Part shown: positions 48,641 to 58,347 of the stretch, in pieces
Layout of the letters: the number at the start of each line of letters is the position of its first letter
Position numbering within the stretch: the stretch's first letter is position 1
From: Bifidobacteriaceae bacterium
GTDB lineage: Bacteria > Actinomycetota > Actinomycetes > Actinomycetales > WQXJ01
NCBI GenBank assembly: GCA_031268215.1
Contig: JAIRXP010000004.1
Span: forward strand, 458 to 64,457
Reading direction: 5' to 3'
DNA: 64,000 nt
Notes under the pieces: generated by a model
The model's input: the letters and a program-made list of their open reading frames with translations, nothing else
The model's database searches: none
What the model was told of the DNA's origin: nothing
Made by a program: the position numbers and the translations under genes

Positions 48641-49600
48641 CTATTTCCGGCGTTGTTTGGCGACCTCATATAGGACAATCCCGCCCGCTACCGCCGCGTT
48701 CAACGATTCGGTAGCGCCGTCCATCGGTATGGAGACCGTCAGATCGCAGGCCTGGCGGGTGAGCCGTGCCAGGCCCTTGCCTTCCGAACCGATCACCACC
48801 ACGACGGGACCGGCGGCGAGGTCTATCCCGGCGGCATCGGCGGCGCCTTCCGCGTCCAGGCCAACCACGAACAGACCGGCCTGTTTGTACTCCTCCAGGG
48901 CGCGGACCAGGTTCGTGGCACGAGCTACCGGTACGCGAGCGGCCGCCCCGGCGGAGACCTTCCAGGCCGTGGCCCCCATCTGGGCGGAGCGGCGCAGGGG
49001 GATTAGGACACCGTGGGCGCCAAAGGCCGCCGCAGAACGCAGCACCGCGCCCAAGTTGTGCGGGTCGGTCACCTGATCCAGGGCGACAATCAGCGGTTGC
49101 TGGGCCGCTTCCTCTGCTAGATGAAGCAGGCCCGCCGGTTCGAGATACTCGTAAGGCGCCACCCGCAGCGCCACACCCTGGTGATTGGCCCCATTGGTCC
49201 GCTGGTCAAGCTCCGCCTTGGTCACTTGAGTTATCGCCAGACCGGCGGCGGCTGCCAGCTTAGCCGCTTCGCGCACGCGGTCATCGGTCGCCATCCCACC
49301 GGCCACTTCCAGACGCTGCGCCGGCACGGCGGCGCGCAGAGCCTCAAGGACGGCATTGCGGCCGGCCACATAATCCGCCGCTGCCTTACGGACTTTGCTG
49401 GGCCCGTGCGGCCGTCCCTGGCTCCGGCGATCACTGGCCGCCTTGCGCTTGGCGGCGGGATGATACGGGCGGTCAACAGCCTTGGGGGTTGGGCCCTTGC
49501 CTTCCAGAGCCCGCCGTCCTTGGCCGCCGGATCCGACCGTCGCGCCCTTCTTGCTTCCAGGTTTGCGCACGGCGCCTTTGCGCTTCGAGTTCCCAGGCAT
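48641..49600 (-). CDS. rlmB: 23S rRNA (G2251-2'-O)-methyltransferase
   Basis: HQGV, LDQVTDPHNLGA..RS, GSEGKGL and ESLNAAVA motifs (SPOUT fold). Confidence 0.93.
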   Translation of the reverse strand: MPGNSKRKGAVRKPGSKKGATVGSGGQGRRALEGKGPTPKAVDRPYHPAAKRKAASDRRSQGRPHGPSKVRKAAADYVAGRNAVLEALRAAVPAQRLEVAGGMATDDRVREAAKLAAAAGLAITQVTKAELDQRTNGANHQGVALRVAPYEYLEPAGLLHLAEEAAQQPLIVALDQVTDPHNLGAVLRSAAAFGAHGVLIPLRRSAQMGATAWKVSAGAAARVPVARATNLVRALEEYKQAGLFVVGLDAEGAADAAGIDLAAGPVVVVIGSEGKGLARLTRQACDLTVSIPMDGATESLNAAVAGGIVLYEVAKQRRK

Positions 49601-49702
49601 GGGCCCCAAGCTTACTTGGGTTGACCACGCGGCATGGCCGCTGCGGCGCGGCTCCGAGGCGACACGTCCCAGAGGCGGCGCGACTCCGCGCTCAACGCCC
49701 CC

Positions 49703-50689
49703 TTACAGATGGCGGCGGAAGAACTCTGCCGCCTCAACCAGGTCCCGCGAGCCGCCCCCCTCATGCCCGGCGAACGGCCAGACGCTGATTTCCTTTGGCC
49801 CGCCATAGGCGTTGTAGGCGCCAAAAGCCGTCGAGGCGGGCGTGATTGAGTCCGCCAAGCCCACCCCGAACCGGGCCGGAGCCCGGCACCGGCGGGCGAA
49901 ATTCACGCCGTCAACATAGGACAACGTACGCCGCACGCAGACCTCATCATCTGGGCGGACCGCCAGGTAGGTGGCGATCTCTTGATAGGGCAACTGATCC
50001 GTCAACTCAACTCCGTGCATGATGTCCGTCATGAAGGGGCTCAGCACTACCGCCGCTTGGACCAAGTCAGGAACCAGGGCAGCAGCGGCCAACGCCGCGC
50101 CCCCACCCTGGGAACGACCGGCCACCCCAATCCGCGACGAATCAACCACGTCAAGTTTGGCGGCGGCCTCGACGGCACGGGCCGCGTCGGTGAATAGGCG
50201 GCCGTAATAGTAGGTCTCCGGCTCCATCACGCCTTTGGTGACGAACCCCGGAGTCATTGGGCCGGATCCGTGCGGATCCGCCGTGTCCCCAGGCGCCCAA
50301 GTAGCGCCCTGCCCGCGAGTATCCATCCGGAATTGGGCGAACCCGAACAGAGCCCAAGCGGGGTCATCGATGGGGAAGCCCCTCCCGCCACCATAACCAC
50401 CGAATTGGACAATGCAGGGAAGCGGCGAAATGGGACCGGTGCGGGCGCCGTCCGGGCCGCCGGACGGCAAACGCAACCAGGCCTTGATTGGCTCACCGCC
50501 AAATCCGGGGAAGGTGACGTCATAGACCTCAATGCCGCTCAAGCCCAGATCCAGATGTTCCAGCACCGGCTGGCCGCCCGAAGCGCGCGATTCGCGCAAG
50601 GACACCTCCCAGAAGGCGCCAAAGTCAGCCGGATCAGGCACGTCCGCTTCATAGGCCCGCAATTCGGGCAAGGACAAGTCGCGGTTCAT
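49703..50689 (-). CDS. Acetyl xylan esterase / cephalosporin-C deacetylase (CE7)
   Basis: PADFGAFW, GYGGGRG, DTRGQG, GRSQGG nucleophile elbow and GHEGG motifs. Confidence 0.9.
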   Translation of the reverse strand: MNRDLSLPELRAYEADVPDPADFGAFWEVSLRESRASGGQPVLEHLDLGLSGIEVYDVTFPGFGGEPIKAWLRLPSGGPDGARTGPISPLPCIVQFGGYGGGRGFPIDDPAWALFGFAQFRMDTRGQGATWAPGDTADPHGSGPMTPGFVTKGVMEPETYYYGRLFTDAARAVEAAAKLDVVDSSRIGVAGRSQGGGAALAAAALVPDLVQAAVVLSPFMTDIMHGVELTDQLPYQEIATYLAVRPDDEVCVRRTLSYVDGVNFARRCRAPARFGVGLADSITPASTAFGAYNAYGGPKEISVWPFAGHEGGGSRDLVEAAEFFRRHL

Positions 50690-50711
50690 CAGACCAGGTT
50701 AGCCAGGCGGG

Positions 50712-52133
50712 CTAATTGCCGGTGGCGAACTCCCAACGCGGACCGCCAGGCGAGTCTTCAACCTGGATGCCGGCCGCTGCGAGCCGGTCCCGGATAGCAT
50801 CCGCGGTCGCGAAATCGCGGGCCGTGCGGGCTGCCGCACGAGCCTCAAGCTGGCTCTCCACCAGGTCCCCCAGCGCGGATTCGGCTCGCGAAGAAGACTC
50901 CGCCGGATTCGCCCAGGTGTCCGCCAACGGATCCATCCCCAAGGCCGCCAACATGCCCCGGACCTCAAGTAACGCCGTCAGCGCCTCCTCATCCTGGTAA
51001 TCCGACAGCGCCGTGTTGCCGCGCCGGACCGCGTCATGGATCTGGGCTAAGCCTCCGGCGGTGCCCAGGTCGTCATCCATCGCCGCGACGAACGCCGCGG
51101 GCAGCGCCAGGTCCTCGACTGGCTGCCCGGAACCGACACGTTCGCCGGCCCGGCGGACAAAGCCCACAATCCGCTCGCAGGCAGCCGCCGCCTCCGGCAA
51201 AGCCGAATCCGAAAGCTCCAGCGTGGAGCGGTAATGCGCGGCCGTCAGGACGTAGCGCAGAACCATCGGTTCGGCCTGTTTCAGCAGCTCAGAGGCCAGA
51301 AGGGTGTTACCTAACGACTTCGACATCTTGACTCCGGCCTGAGTTACGAAGGCGTTGTGGACCCAGTACCGGGCAAAACCGTAACCGGCCGCCCGCGACT
51401 GGGCCAATTCGTTCTCATGATGCGGGAAACGCAAGTCGATCCCGCCACCGTGGATGTCGAAGTCCTCCCCCAGGTAACGCAGGGCCATGGTGGAGCATTC
51501 GAGGTGCCATCCCGGCCGCCCCCTCCCCCAGGGGGTGTCCCACGAGGCGTCCGGCGGCTCGTCCACCTTGGCGGCCTTCCAGAGGGCGAAGTCATGCCGG
51601 TCACGCTTGTCCTGCGCCTCCGGCTCATCTTCGGACGACACCAGGTCCGCCAGACGCTGATGAGTCAGCGAACCGTAATCCGGATATGACCTGACGTCAA
51701 AGTAGACGTTGCCCGGATTGCCGGTGTAAGCGTGGCCACGAGCCATAAGGCGCGCGATGAACTCCACCATGTCCGGCACCACACCAGTCGCGCGGGGTTC
51801 ATAAGTGGGCGCCCGGACGCCCAAAGCGTCATAGGCGGCGGTGAAAGCCCGCTCCCAGTGCCCAGCCCAGGCCCACCACGGTTGCCCAGCCTCGGCCGCC
51901 TTGGCCAGGATCTTGTCATCAATGTCGGTGACGTTGCGGATGAAGCGGACCTGGTTGCCGGAACGTTCCAGCCAGCGCCGCAGAACATCGAACACAACAG
52001 CCGGGCGCAGGTGCCCAATATGGGGGGCGCTTTGCACGGTGGCACCACATTGGTAGATTCCGACGTAGCCAGGCTTGAGGGGCTCAAACGGGCGAACAGT
52101 GCCAGTGGCGGAATCGTGCAGCGAAAGAGTCAC
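50712..52133 (-). CDS. cysS: Cysteine-tRNA ligase
   Basis: [30 protein letters not shown] and KMSKS motifs. Confidence 0.97.
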   Translation of the reverse strand: MTLSLHDSATGTVRPFEPLKPGYVGIYQCGATVQSAPHIGHLRPAVVFDVLRRWLERSGNQVRFIRNVTDIDDKILAKAAEAGQPWWAWAGHWERAFTAAYDALGVRAPTYEPRATGVVPDMVEFIARLMARGHAYTGNPGNVYFDVRSYPDYGSLTHQRLADLVSSEDEPEAQDKRDRHDFALWKAAKVDEPPDASWDTPWGRGRPGWHLECSTMALRYLGEDFDIHGGGIDLRFPHHENELAQSRAAGYGFARYWVHNAFVTQAGVKMSKSLGNTLLASELLKQAEPMVLRYVLTAAHYRSTLELSDSALPEAAAACERIVGFVRRAGERVGSGQPVEDLALPAAFVAAMDDDLGTAGGLAQIHDAVRRGNTALSDYQDEEALTALLEVRGMLAALGMDPLADTWANPAESSSRAESALGDLVESQLEARAAARTARDFATADAIRDRLAAAGIQVEDSPGGPRWEFATGN

Positions 52134-52142
52134 TGGTTCAGA

Positions 52143-52706
52143 TTACTGGGCCTGACGCAGCAGGCAGACGGCCAACGCCGCTAGCCCCTCACCCCGGCCG
52201 GTGAAACCCATCAAGTCGGTGGTGGTCGCGGTCAGCGTCACCGGCGCGCCCAAGACCTTGCCGATCTTTTCTTCTGCCTCTCGGCGCCGGCCCGCCAGCC
52301 GAGGCCGGTTGCCAATCACTTGGATAGCCGCGTTCTGAGCCACGAAACCCGCTCGGCGAACCAGCCGGACGGTCTCTTCTAGAAACGTCAGCGATGGCGC
52401 GCCCGCGTATTCAGGCCGGTCAGTCCCGAAGAGGTGTCCGATGTCGCCCAGGCCAGCCGCTGAGCCCAAAGCATCTACCAGCGCGTGGACCGCCACGTCG
52501 CCATCGGAGTGGCCGGCTAAGGCGGGTTCACCGGGCCAGTCAAGCAGTGCCAGGCGCAAAGGGCGCCCTGGGTCAACCAGGTTGCCTGATTGGCCTGGTT
52601 GGTCGAACTGGGCCGATTGGCGGGACTGGCTAGATTGGTCGGATTGACCGGACGGGCCAGTCGAGTAGCGGTGGGCGTCGAATCCCTGACCGACTCGCAA
52701 ACCCAT
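52143..52706 (-). CDS. ispF: 2-C-methyl-D-erythritol 2,4-cyclodiphosphate synthase, with repeat insertion
   Basis: [26 protein letters not shown] and [14 protein letters not shown] motifs. Confidence 0.93.
   Translation of the reverse strand: MGLRVGQGFDAHRYSTGPSGQSDQSSQSRQSAQFDQPGQSGNLVDPGRPLRLALLDWPGEPALAGHSDGDVAVHALVDALGSAAGLGDIGHLFGTDRPEYAGAPSLTFLEETVRLVRRAGFVAQNAAIQVIGNRPRLAGRRREAEEKIGKVLGAPVTLTATTTDLMGFTGRGEGLAALAVCLLRQAQ
52581..52652 (-). repeat. 8 x 9-bp in-frame degenerate tandem repeat within ispF
   Basis: Encodes [24 protein letters not shown]. Confidence 0.85.
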
Positions 52707-52722
52707 GTTAACCGTTGACCAG

Positions 52723-53214
52723 TTACTGGAGGGTTTCGGCTAAGACCTCGTCGAGGCGGACCTCAGCCGCGCCCTCGTCGATGCTCTCCGCTAACGCCAA
52801 TTCAGACACCAAAATCTGGCGGGCACGGGCCAGCATTCGTTTCTCTCCGGCGCTCAGCCCGCGGTCAGAATCGCGGCGCGAAAGGTCACGAACGACCTCC
52901 GAAACCTTGATTACGTCCCCGGAGGCGATCTTCTCAACATTCGCCTTATAACGCCGTGACCAGTTAGTTGGTTCTTCACGCACATCCGCCTGAAGCACTT
53001 CGAAGACCCGTTCCAAACCATCGCGTCCGACCACGTCCCGGACTCCGACCAGCTCAACATTGTCGGCTGGGACCTCAATCGTCAGGTCTCCTTGGGTTAC
53101 ACGCAACTTCAGATAGAGCTTCTCTTCTCCCCTGATTGTGCGGATGCTTATCTCTTCGATGAGCGCGGCGCCGTGGTGCGGATATACCACGGTCTCTCCA
53201 ACTGCGAATGCCAT
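52723..53214 (-). CDS. carD: CarD RNA polymerase-binding transcription factor
   Basis: [25 protein letters not shown] and [10 protein letters not shown] motifs. Confidence 0.97.
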   Translation of the reverse strand: MAFAVGETVVYPHHGAALIEEISIRTIRGEEKLYLKLRVTQGDLTIEVPADNVELVGVRDVVGRDGLERVFEVLQADVREEPTNWSRRYKANVEKIASGDVIKVSEVVRDLSRRDSDRGLSAGEKRMLARARQILVSELALAESIDEGAAEVRLDEVLAETLQ

Positions 53215-53313
53215 AGTTTGCGTCTGATCCCCTCTCGCGGCCAGCCAAGTTTAGCACGCCCAAGCCCTGGCCAAATCAGCGTCAGGAACATATCCGCTGG
53301 CCAGACGGTCAAA

Positions 53314-53552
53314 ACCGGGCCGGGCCAGCCCCGCTAGGGAGCCGAAACCCGCAGGGAGGAGATCTCGCGGGATGATTCCGGGGTCCCCACGAAAGATCCG
53401 ACCGTGGGGAGAAGATTCTGTGGGACCGTCCAGGAGACCCGCGCCGCGTGGGATGGTCTGGGCGGGTCCCCGGGCGTCATCCCCGCGGTCGAGTGCTTCA
53501 CACCCCGGCGCCTCGACGTGCAGCACAGCGCCCCGCCCACACCGGGCCGGGC
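53314..53552. repeat. Structured intergenic element bounded by 12-bp direct repeats, containing hairpin repeat copy B
   Basis: ACCGGGCCGGGC at 53314-53325 and 53541-53552. Long imperfect inverted repeat 53366-53387 / 53464-53487 enclosing two internal hairpins. Confidence 0.55.
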
Positions 53553-53600
53553 TGGCTCAGGCCTAGCCCCAACGGACCAACCGGCGGGTTAAGTGACTGA

Positions 53601-53660
53601 GCGGCCGGACGGGGACAAGCCCCGCCCGGCCGCCTGGACCAAACCCCCTGGAATTGGTCC
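53601..53660 (-). terminator. Two hairpins downstream of gpmA
   Basis: GCGGCCGGACGGGG...CCCCGCCCGGCCGC and GGACCAA...TTGGTCC. Confidence 0.45.
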
Positions 53661-53666
53661 GCTCTG

Positions 53667-54407
53667 TTACGCCTTACCCTGATTGGCCACTGCCTCAATG
53701 GCCGCCTTGGCGGCCTCTGGATCGAGGTAGGTGCCTCCCGCTTTGACTGGCTTCAAATCCTCATCCAGGTCATAGACCAGCGGAATCCCAGTCGGGATGT
53801 TCAGGGCGGCGATTGCCGAATCGGAAACGCCATCAAGGTGTTTCACAAGTGCCCGCAGCGAGTTGCCGTGGGCCGCGACCAGCACGGTTTTCCCCTTGAC
53901 CAGATCCGGCACAATGGCGGCCCGCCAGTAGGGCAAAGCCCGTTCAAGCACATCTTTCAGTGCCTCACTGCGGACCACCGGAGCACCGGCATACCGGGGA
54001 TCGCCATCCTGCGAGTACTGCGAACCGAGTTCGATTTCTGGCGGCGGCGTGTCATAAGACCGCCTCCAGACCATGAACTGCTCTTCGCCGTACTCGTCGC
54101 GGATCTGCGTCTTGTTCTTTCCTTGCAGCGCCCCGTAATGACGCTCGTTCAGCCGCCACGACCGCTTGACCGGTATCCATAACCGGTCAGCAGCGTCCAA
54201 CGCCAAGTCAGCCGTGACGATCGCGCGGCGCAACAATGAAGTGTGCAAGATGTCTGGCGTCACACCAGCACCCGTCAGCAACTCCCCGCCACGGATGGCT
54301 TCCGCCCGCCCCTTTTCCGACAGTGGCACATCCACCCAGCCGGTAAACAGGTTCTTGGCGTTCCACTCGCTTTCGCCATGGCGCAGCAGTACGAGCTTGT
54401 ACGGCAT
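53667..54407 (-). CDS. gpmA: 2,3-BPG-dependent phosphoglycerate mutase
   Basis: [35 protein letters not shown] and NIPTGIP motifs. Confidence 0.97.
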   Translation of the reverse strand: MPYKLVLLRHGESEWNAKNLFTGWVDVPLSEKGRAEAIRGGELLTGAGVTPDILHTSLLRRAIVTADLALDAADRLWIPVKRSWRLNERHYGALQGKNKTQIRDEYGEEQFMVWRRSYDTPPPEIELGSQYSQDGDPRYAGAPVVRSEALKDVLERALPYWRAAIVPDLVKGKTVLVAAHGNSLRALVKHLDGVSDSAIAALNIPTGIPLVYDLDEDLKPVKAGGTYLDPEAAKAAIEAVANQGKA

Positions 54408-54413
54408 GGGCTT

Positions 54414-54761
54414 TCAGCCCTCCCGGTGCGCGCCGTAATAGGCATCACGAATTGGCGCTGGGATGCGGCCCCGGTCAGAGACTTCCATCCCTTGAGAGCG
54501 GGCCCAGGCGCGGATCTTAGCGATATCGCTGTCAACCACGCTGCGGCGCGGGCGACCACCGCCGCGGGCGGCGCGCGGGCCACGGGCGGGAAGCCGCCGG
54601 CCCGAATCAATCCACTGCCCCAAACTCCGGCGGAGTTCGTCAGCGTGGGGGTTGGTCAGGTCGATCTCATAGGTTACCCCGTCAAGCCCGAAGGTAACCG
54701 TTTCAGCGGCCTCCGAACCGTCGAGATCATCGACCAAGAGAACTTGCACACGTTGTGCCAT
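54414..54761 (-). CDS. lsr2: Lsr2 nucleoid-associated protein
   Basis: LVDDLDG..A.ETV.FGLDG..YEIDL and IRAWAR..G..VSDRGRIP motifs. Confidence 0.96.
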   Translation of the reverse strand: MAQRVQVLLVDDLDGSEAAETVTFGLDGVTYEIDLTNPHADELRRSLGQWIDSGRRLPARGPRAARGGGRPRRSVVDSDIAKIRAWARSQGMEVSDRGRIPAPIRDAYYGAHREG

Positions 54762-54939
54762 TGCGGATCTCCAATCCTCTGAAAACTAGCTACACGGCAG
54801 CCGCCGTTAGCTATGGTGACGCAAGAAAGCATAACCTGAATTTGCCGAACCGTTATACGCCTGGTCCCGCCGGCCCGCGCGCCGCGCCCTAGCGCGGCCC
54901 GTCACCTGGTCCTTCTCCGCGGTCCCGCGCCGGGCCCGC

Positions 54940-56451
54940 TCAGGTCTGCGGCTTGACCAACGGGAAGAGAATTGTCTCGCGAATCCCCAACCCCGTCAGG
55001 GCCATCAGTAAGCGATCCATGCCCATGCCCATCCCGCCTGAAGGCGGCATTCCGTACTCCAACGCGGCGAGGAAATCCCCATCCAGGGTCATGGCCTCCG
55101 GATCGCCCGCGGCCCGGGCCAACGCCTGGGCTTCCAGGCGTTGGCGTTGGATCACCGGGTCCACCAGCTCCGAATAGCCGGTCCCTAACTCCATACCCCG
55201 GACGTACAAGTCCCACTTCTCAGCCAGCCCCGCCTCGCTGCGGTGATCGCGCGTCAGCGGGGATGTTTCTACTGGGAAGTCCATCACGAAGGTCGGCTCA
55301 TGGAGCTTGTGGCCAACCAACTCCTCGAATAGTTCCTCGACCAGCCCACCGTGGGTCGCGGTCGCTGGATCGTAAACAACCTCCCTGGCCGCCGCGATCT
55401 CGCCCAAGCGGTCCAGCGGGGTGGACGGCGTGATTTCCTCGCCCAGAGCCTCGGACAGCGATCCATAAAGACTAATCCGGCGCCATTCCCCGCCAAAGTC
55501 ATACACCTGACCGTCGTTCAGCGTAACTTGAGTCGACCCGGCGACCGCTAGGGCGGCATCGACCACGATTTGCTGGGTCAGATCCGCGATCGTGTTGTAG
55601 TCGCCGTACGCTTCGTAAACTTCCAGCGAGGTGAACTCTGGCGCATGCGAGGAATCGACGCCTTCGTTACGGAAGATCCGGCCGATCTCAAAGACCTTGT
55701 CGATCCCGCCAACCACCGCCCGCTTTAGGAACAGTTCCGTCGCGATCCGCATGTACAGCTCAATCCCGAAGGCGTTGATGTCAGTTGTGAACGGGCGAGC
55801 GGTTGCCCCACCGTAGATGGTCTGCAGAATCGGAGTCTCAATTTCGCTAAAGCCTCGATCCGTCAGGGTGCGCCGTACGGAGCTAATCAACGCCACCCGC
55901 TGGCGAGCTATCTGCCGCGCCGCCGGACGGACAATCAGATCAGCCGGGCGGTCACGCACCCGCGATTCATCCGACAATTCCGAATGCAATACCGGTAAAG
56001 GACGCAAAGCCTTCGCGGCTAGAGTCCAGCTATCCGCCAGAACACTCAATTCTCCCCGTTTTGACGCGATGACCCGCCCATGTACGAACAAATGGTCGCC
56101 CAAATCGACATCCGTCTTGAAGCGCTCAAGCCGCTCCGGGCCAACTTCCGCCAGCGAGATCATGGCCTGGAGCCGGTTACCCGGCCCATCTTGAAGAGTC
56201 ACGAAGCAAAGCTTCCCGGTGTTGCGTATGAACACCACCCGGCCGGCCAAGCCCACTTTGGTATCCGTTTCCTGACCAGCTTCGAGATGCCCAAATTGGT
56301 CGCGGACGGCGGCGACCGTCGTGGTGATTGGCAAAACTGCCGGGTAAGCCTCCTCGCCGCGGTCCAAGATAGCGGCCCGCTTTGACCGGCGCACCTGGGA
56401 TTGCTCAGAGACAGTTGGCGCGCTTGACGAAGACAGATTGGCCGGATTCAC
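54940..56451 (-). CDS. lysS: Lysine-tRNA ligase (class II)
   Basis: GGATARPF, YMRIATELFLKR, FRNEG and YGMPPSGGMGMGMDRL motifs. Confidence 0.97.
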   Translation of the reverse strand: MNPANLSSSSAPTVSEQSQVRRSKRAAILDRGEEAYPAVLPITTTVAAVRDQFGHLEAGQETDTKVGLAGRVVFIRNTGKLCFVTLQDGPGNRLQAMISLAEVGPERLERFKTDVDLGDHLFVHGRVIASKRGELSVLADSWTLAAKALRPLPVLHSELSDESRVRDRPADLIVRPAARQIARQRVALISSVRRTLTDRGFSEIETPILQTIYGGATARPFTTDINAFGIELYMRIATELFLKRAVVGGIDKVFEIGRIFRNEGVDSSHAPEFTSLEVYEAYGDYNTIADLTQQIVVDAALAVAGSTQVTLNDGQVYDFGGEWRRISLYGSLSEALGEEITPSTPLDRLGEIAAAREVVYDPATATHGGLVEELFEELVGHKLHEPTFVMDFPVETSPLTRDHRSEAGLAEKWDLYVRGMELGTGYSELVDPVIQRQRLEAQALARAAGDPEAMTLDGDFLAALEYGMPPSGGMGMGMDRLLMALTGLGIRETILFPLVKPQT

Positions 56452-56461
56452 GCCACCCAGG

Positions 56462-57337
56462 TTACTCGATCATCCAGGACACCCCGGTATTGTCGATCAA
56501 CCTGGTGTGCCCCACCCGCAAGGCCCCAATCAGGAGCGCTGGACGGCCATCCCAGGAGTCATCGAGGGGCATGAAAGTGGCCGGGTCAACCACCTCGAAA
56601 TAGTCCGGCGCTTCGAGTCCGCCAGCCGGTCCCCCGGCCAGACCCGCCGCCCGGCGGGCGGCCTGGCGCACCTGGCAGGCTCCAGCCCCACCGCGGGCGG
56701 CCTCCCGGCCCGCGTCCAGGCCGCGCGGCAAAGCGAGCGCCTGCTCGCGCTCAGCGGCCGTCAGATACCGATTGCGACTGGACATAGCCAAGCCGTCAGC
56801 CTCCCGCCGGGTAGGCACGGCGATGACCTCCCACCCCAAGTCGAGGTCCTGGTTCATCTGCCGGATGACCGCGAGCTGCTGGGCATCCTTTTGCCCAAAC
56901 ACCGCCGCCGTGGCGACGGTGCGTGAGGCTAGCTTGTGAACCACCGTTGTGACGCCGGTGAAATGGCCAGGTCTGATGGCGCCCTCAAAGACCTGGCCTA
57001 GCGGTCCGGGATCAACCGTCACTCGCGGCTTCCCCCCGGGATACATGTCCCGAACACTGGGCGCGTACACCAAGTCGGCCCCAATGCCTTCCAGGGTCTC
57101 CAGATCCGCGTCAAGGGTTCGGGGGTAGGCCTCATAGTCTTCGGTTGGCCCGAATTGAAGCGGGTTGACGAAGATCGTCACAATCACCTGGCCCGCCGGC
57201 TCATGGCGCCGGGCGGCAGCTACCAGATCAAGATGGCCCTGATGCAAGGCTCCCATGGTCATCACAGCCACCCGTGGGCCCTCCTCCAGCGCCCCGGCCA
57301 GCGCCGACCGGTCCCGCACCAGTAGCGGCGAACTCAT
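56462..57337 (-). CDS. panC: Pantoate-beta-alanine ligase
   Basis: TMGALHQGH, IFVNPLQF, RPGHF.GV, FGQKDAQQ, GLAMSSRN and RLIDN motifs. Confidence 0.96.
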   Translation of the reverse strand: MSSPLLVRDRSALAGALEEGPRVAVMTMGALHQGHLDLVAAARRHEPAGQVIVTIFVNPLQFGPTEDYEAYPRTLDADLETLEGIGADLVYAPSVRDMYPGGKPRVTVDPGPLGQVFEGAIRPGHFTGVTTVVHKLASRTVATAAVFGQKDAQQLAVIRQMNQDLDLGWEVIAVPTRREADGLAMSSRNRYLTAAEREQALALPRGLDAGREAARGGAGACQVRQAARRAAGLAGGPAGGLEAPDYFEVVDPATFMPLDDSWDGRPALLIGALRVGHTRLIDNTGVSWMIE

Positions 57338-58323
57338 GCCCGCGGCTCCGGCGTGGACCCCGCCCTGTCACCCTGGCCAGCCCCACCCGACCGCCGCAGG
57401 GCCTTGATGCCTTCCTCGGCTTGAACTGGACTGATCCGCCCGGCCCGGGCGGCGGCCCGCAGCGTGGCGGCCGCCAACCGCCGGTAACTCGCTACTGTGT
57501 CCAAGGCGGCCCGGCCGGCGGAATCGACGGCCACGTCTGGGCCCACCAGCGCTCCCCGACCGGCCGCGTACTCACCCAGCGCGGCCATGTGAGCCTGGAG
57601 CGTCACGGCGTCCCCCCGCGAGGCCGGCCCGGTTAGGGCACCAATCCCCTGGCTCAGCGCCCCTTCCAGGGCGGCGCGCGTCAAGGGGCCCAATAGGCCA
57701 GCGGGATCATCAACACCAGCTTGGTCGAGGATGTCGAAAGCCTGGGTAATGACCGTGACCAAGTGATTGGCGGCGTGAGCCAAGGCAGCGTGGTAGGCCG
57801 CGCGCGCTCCGGCGGGCACCCGGAATGGGCGGCCACCCAGTTCGGCCACCAGCGCGTCCGCCAGCGGCGTGAGGCCGGGGGCGGCATCGACCGCGAACGG
57901 CACGTCCCGCAGCCGAGCCACGTCAAGGGAAGTACCCGTGAACGTCATCGCCGGGTGAATCGCCAGCGCGATCCCGCCGGCCCGACTGACCGGCTCGAGA
58001 GCCTCAACTCCGAAAGCCCCCGAGGCGTGCGCCACAATCTGTCCTGGCCGCCACTGGGCCGCCAGTTCTTCGGCCATCGCCGCGATCACGGAATCCGGGA
58101 CGGTCAGGAGGACCAGACCGGCCCGGCGGACCACCTCAGCGGCGGGAACCACGGGCACACCAGGAAGGACTAGCCCAGCCCGTTCACGGCTGGCCTCAGA
58201 CCGGGCGGCCACCGCCGCCACCGGGTGGTCAACCGCCACCAACGCTCCCGCTAGGGCGGATCCAACCCGGCCGAATCCGATCACTCCAGCCGGTAACGCG
58301 TCATCCACCATGAAGCCATTCAA
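57334..58323 (-). CDS. Rossmann-like/DUF2520 oxidoreductase (PanG-like putative ketopantoate reductase)
   Basis: IGFGRVG, LTVPD, HASGA, IHPAMTFTG, YHAALAHAANH and LTGPASRGD motifs; translationally coupled to panC. Confidence 0.85.
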   Translation of the reverse strand: MNGFMVDDALPAGVIGFGRVGSALAGALVAVDHPVAAVAARSEASRERAGLVLPGVPVVPAAEVVRRAGLVLLTVPDSVIAAMAEELAAQWRPGQIVAHASGAFGVEALEPVSRAGGIALAIHPAMTFTGTSLDVARLRDVPFAVDAAPGLTPLADALVAELGGRPFRVPAGARAAYHAALAHAANHLVTVITQAFDILDQAGVDDPAGLLGPLTRAALEGALSQGIGALTGPASRGDAVTLQAHMAALGEYAAGRGALVGPDVAVDSAGRAALDTVASYRRLAAATLRAAARAGRISPVQAEEGIKALRRSGGAGQGDRAGSTPEPRA

Positions 58324-58347
58324 TCAGAACGCGGGCACGCCGGCCGC

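Noticed and set aside
53366-53487. GCGGGATGATTCC / TCATCCCCGCG resembling a type I-E CRISPR repeat
   Set aside because: Only two partial copies, in inverted orientation; no spacer periodicity and no cas genes.
53251-53592. ORFs in the gpmA-carD spacer (e.g. 53251-53526)
   Set aside because: No RBS or motifs; they coincide with palindromic repeat DNA.
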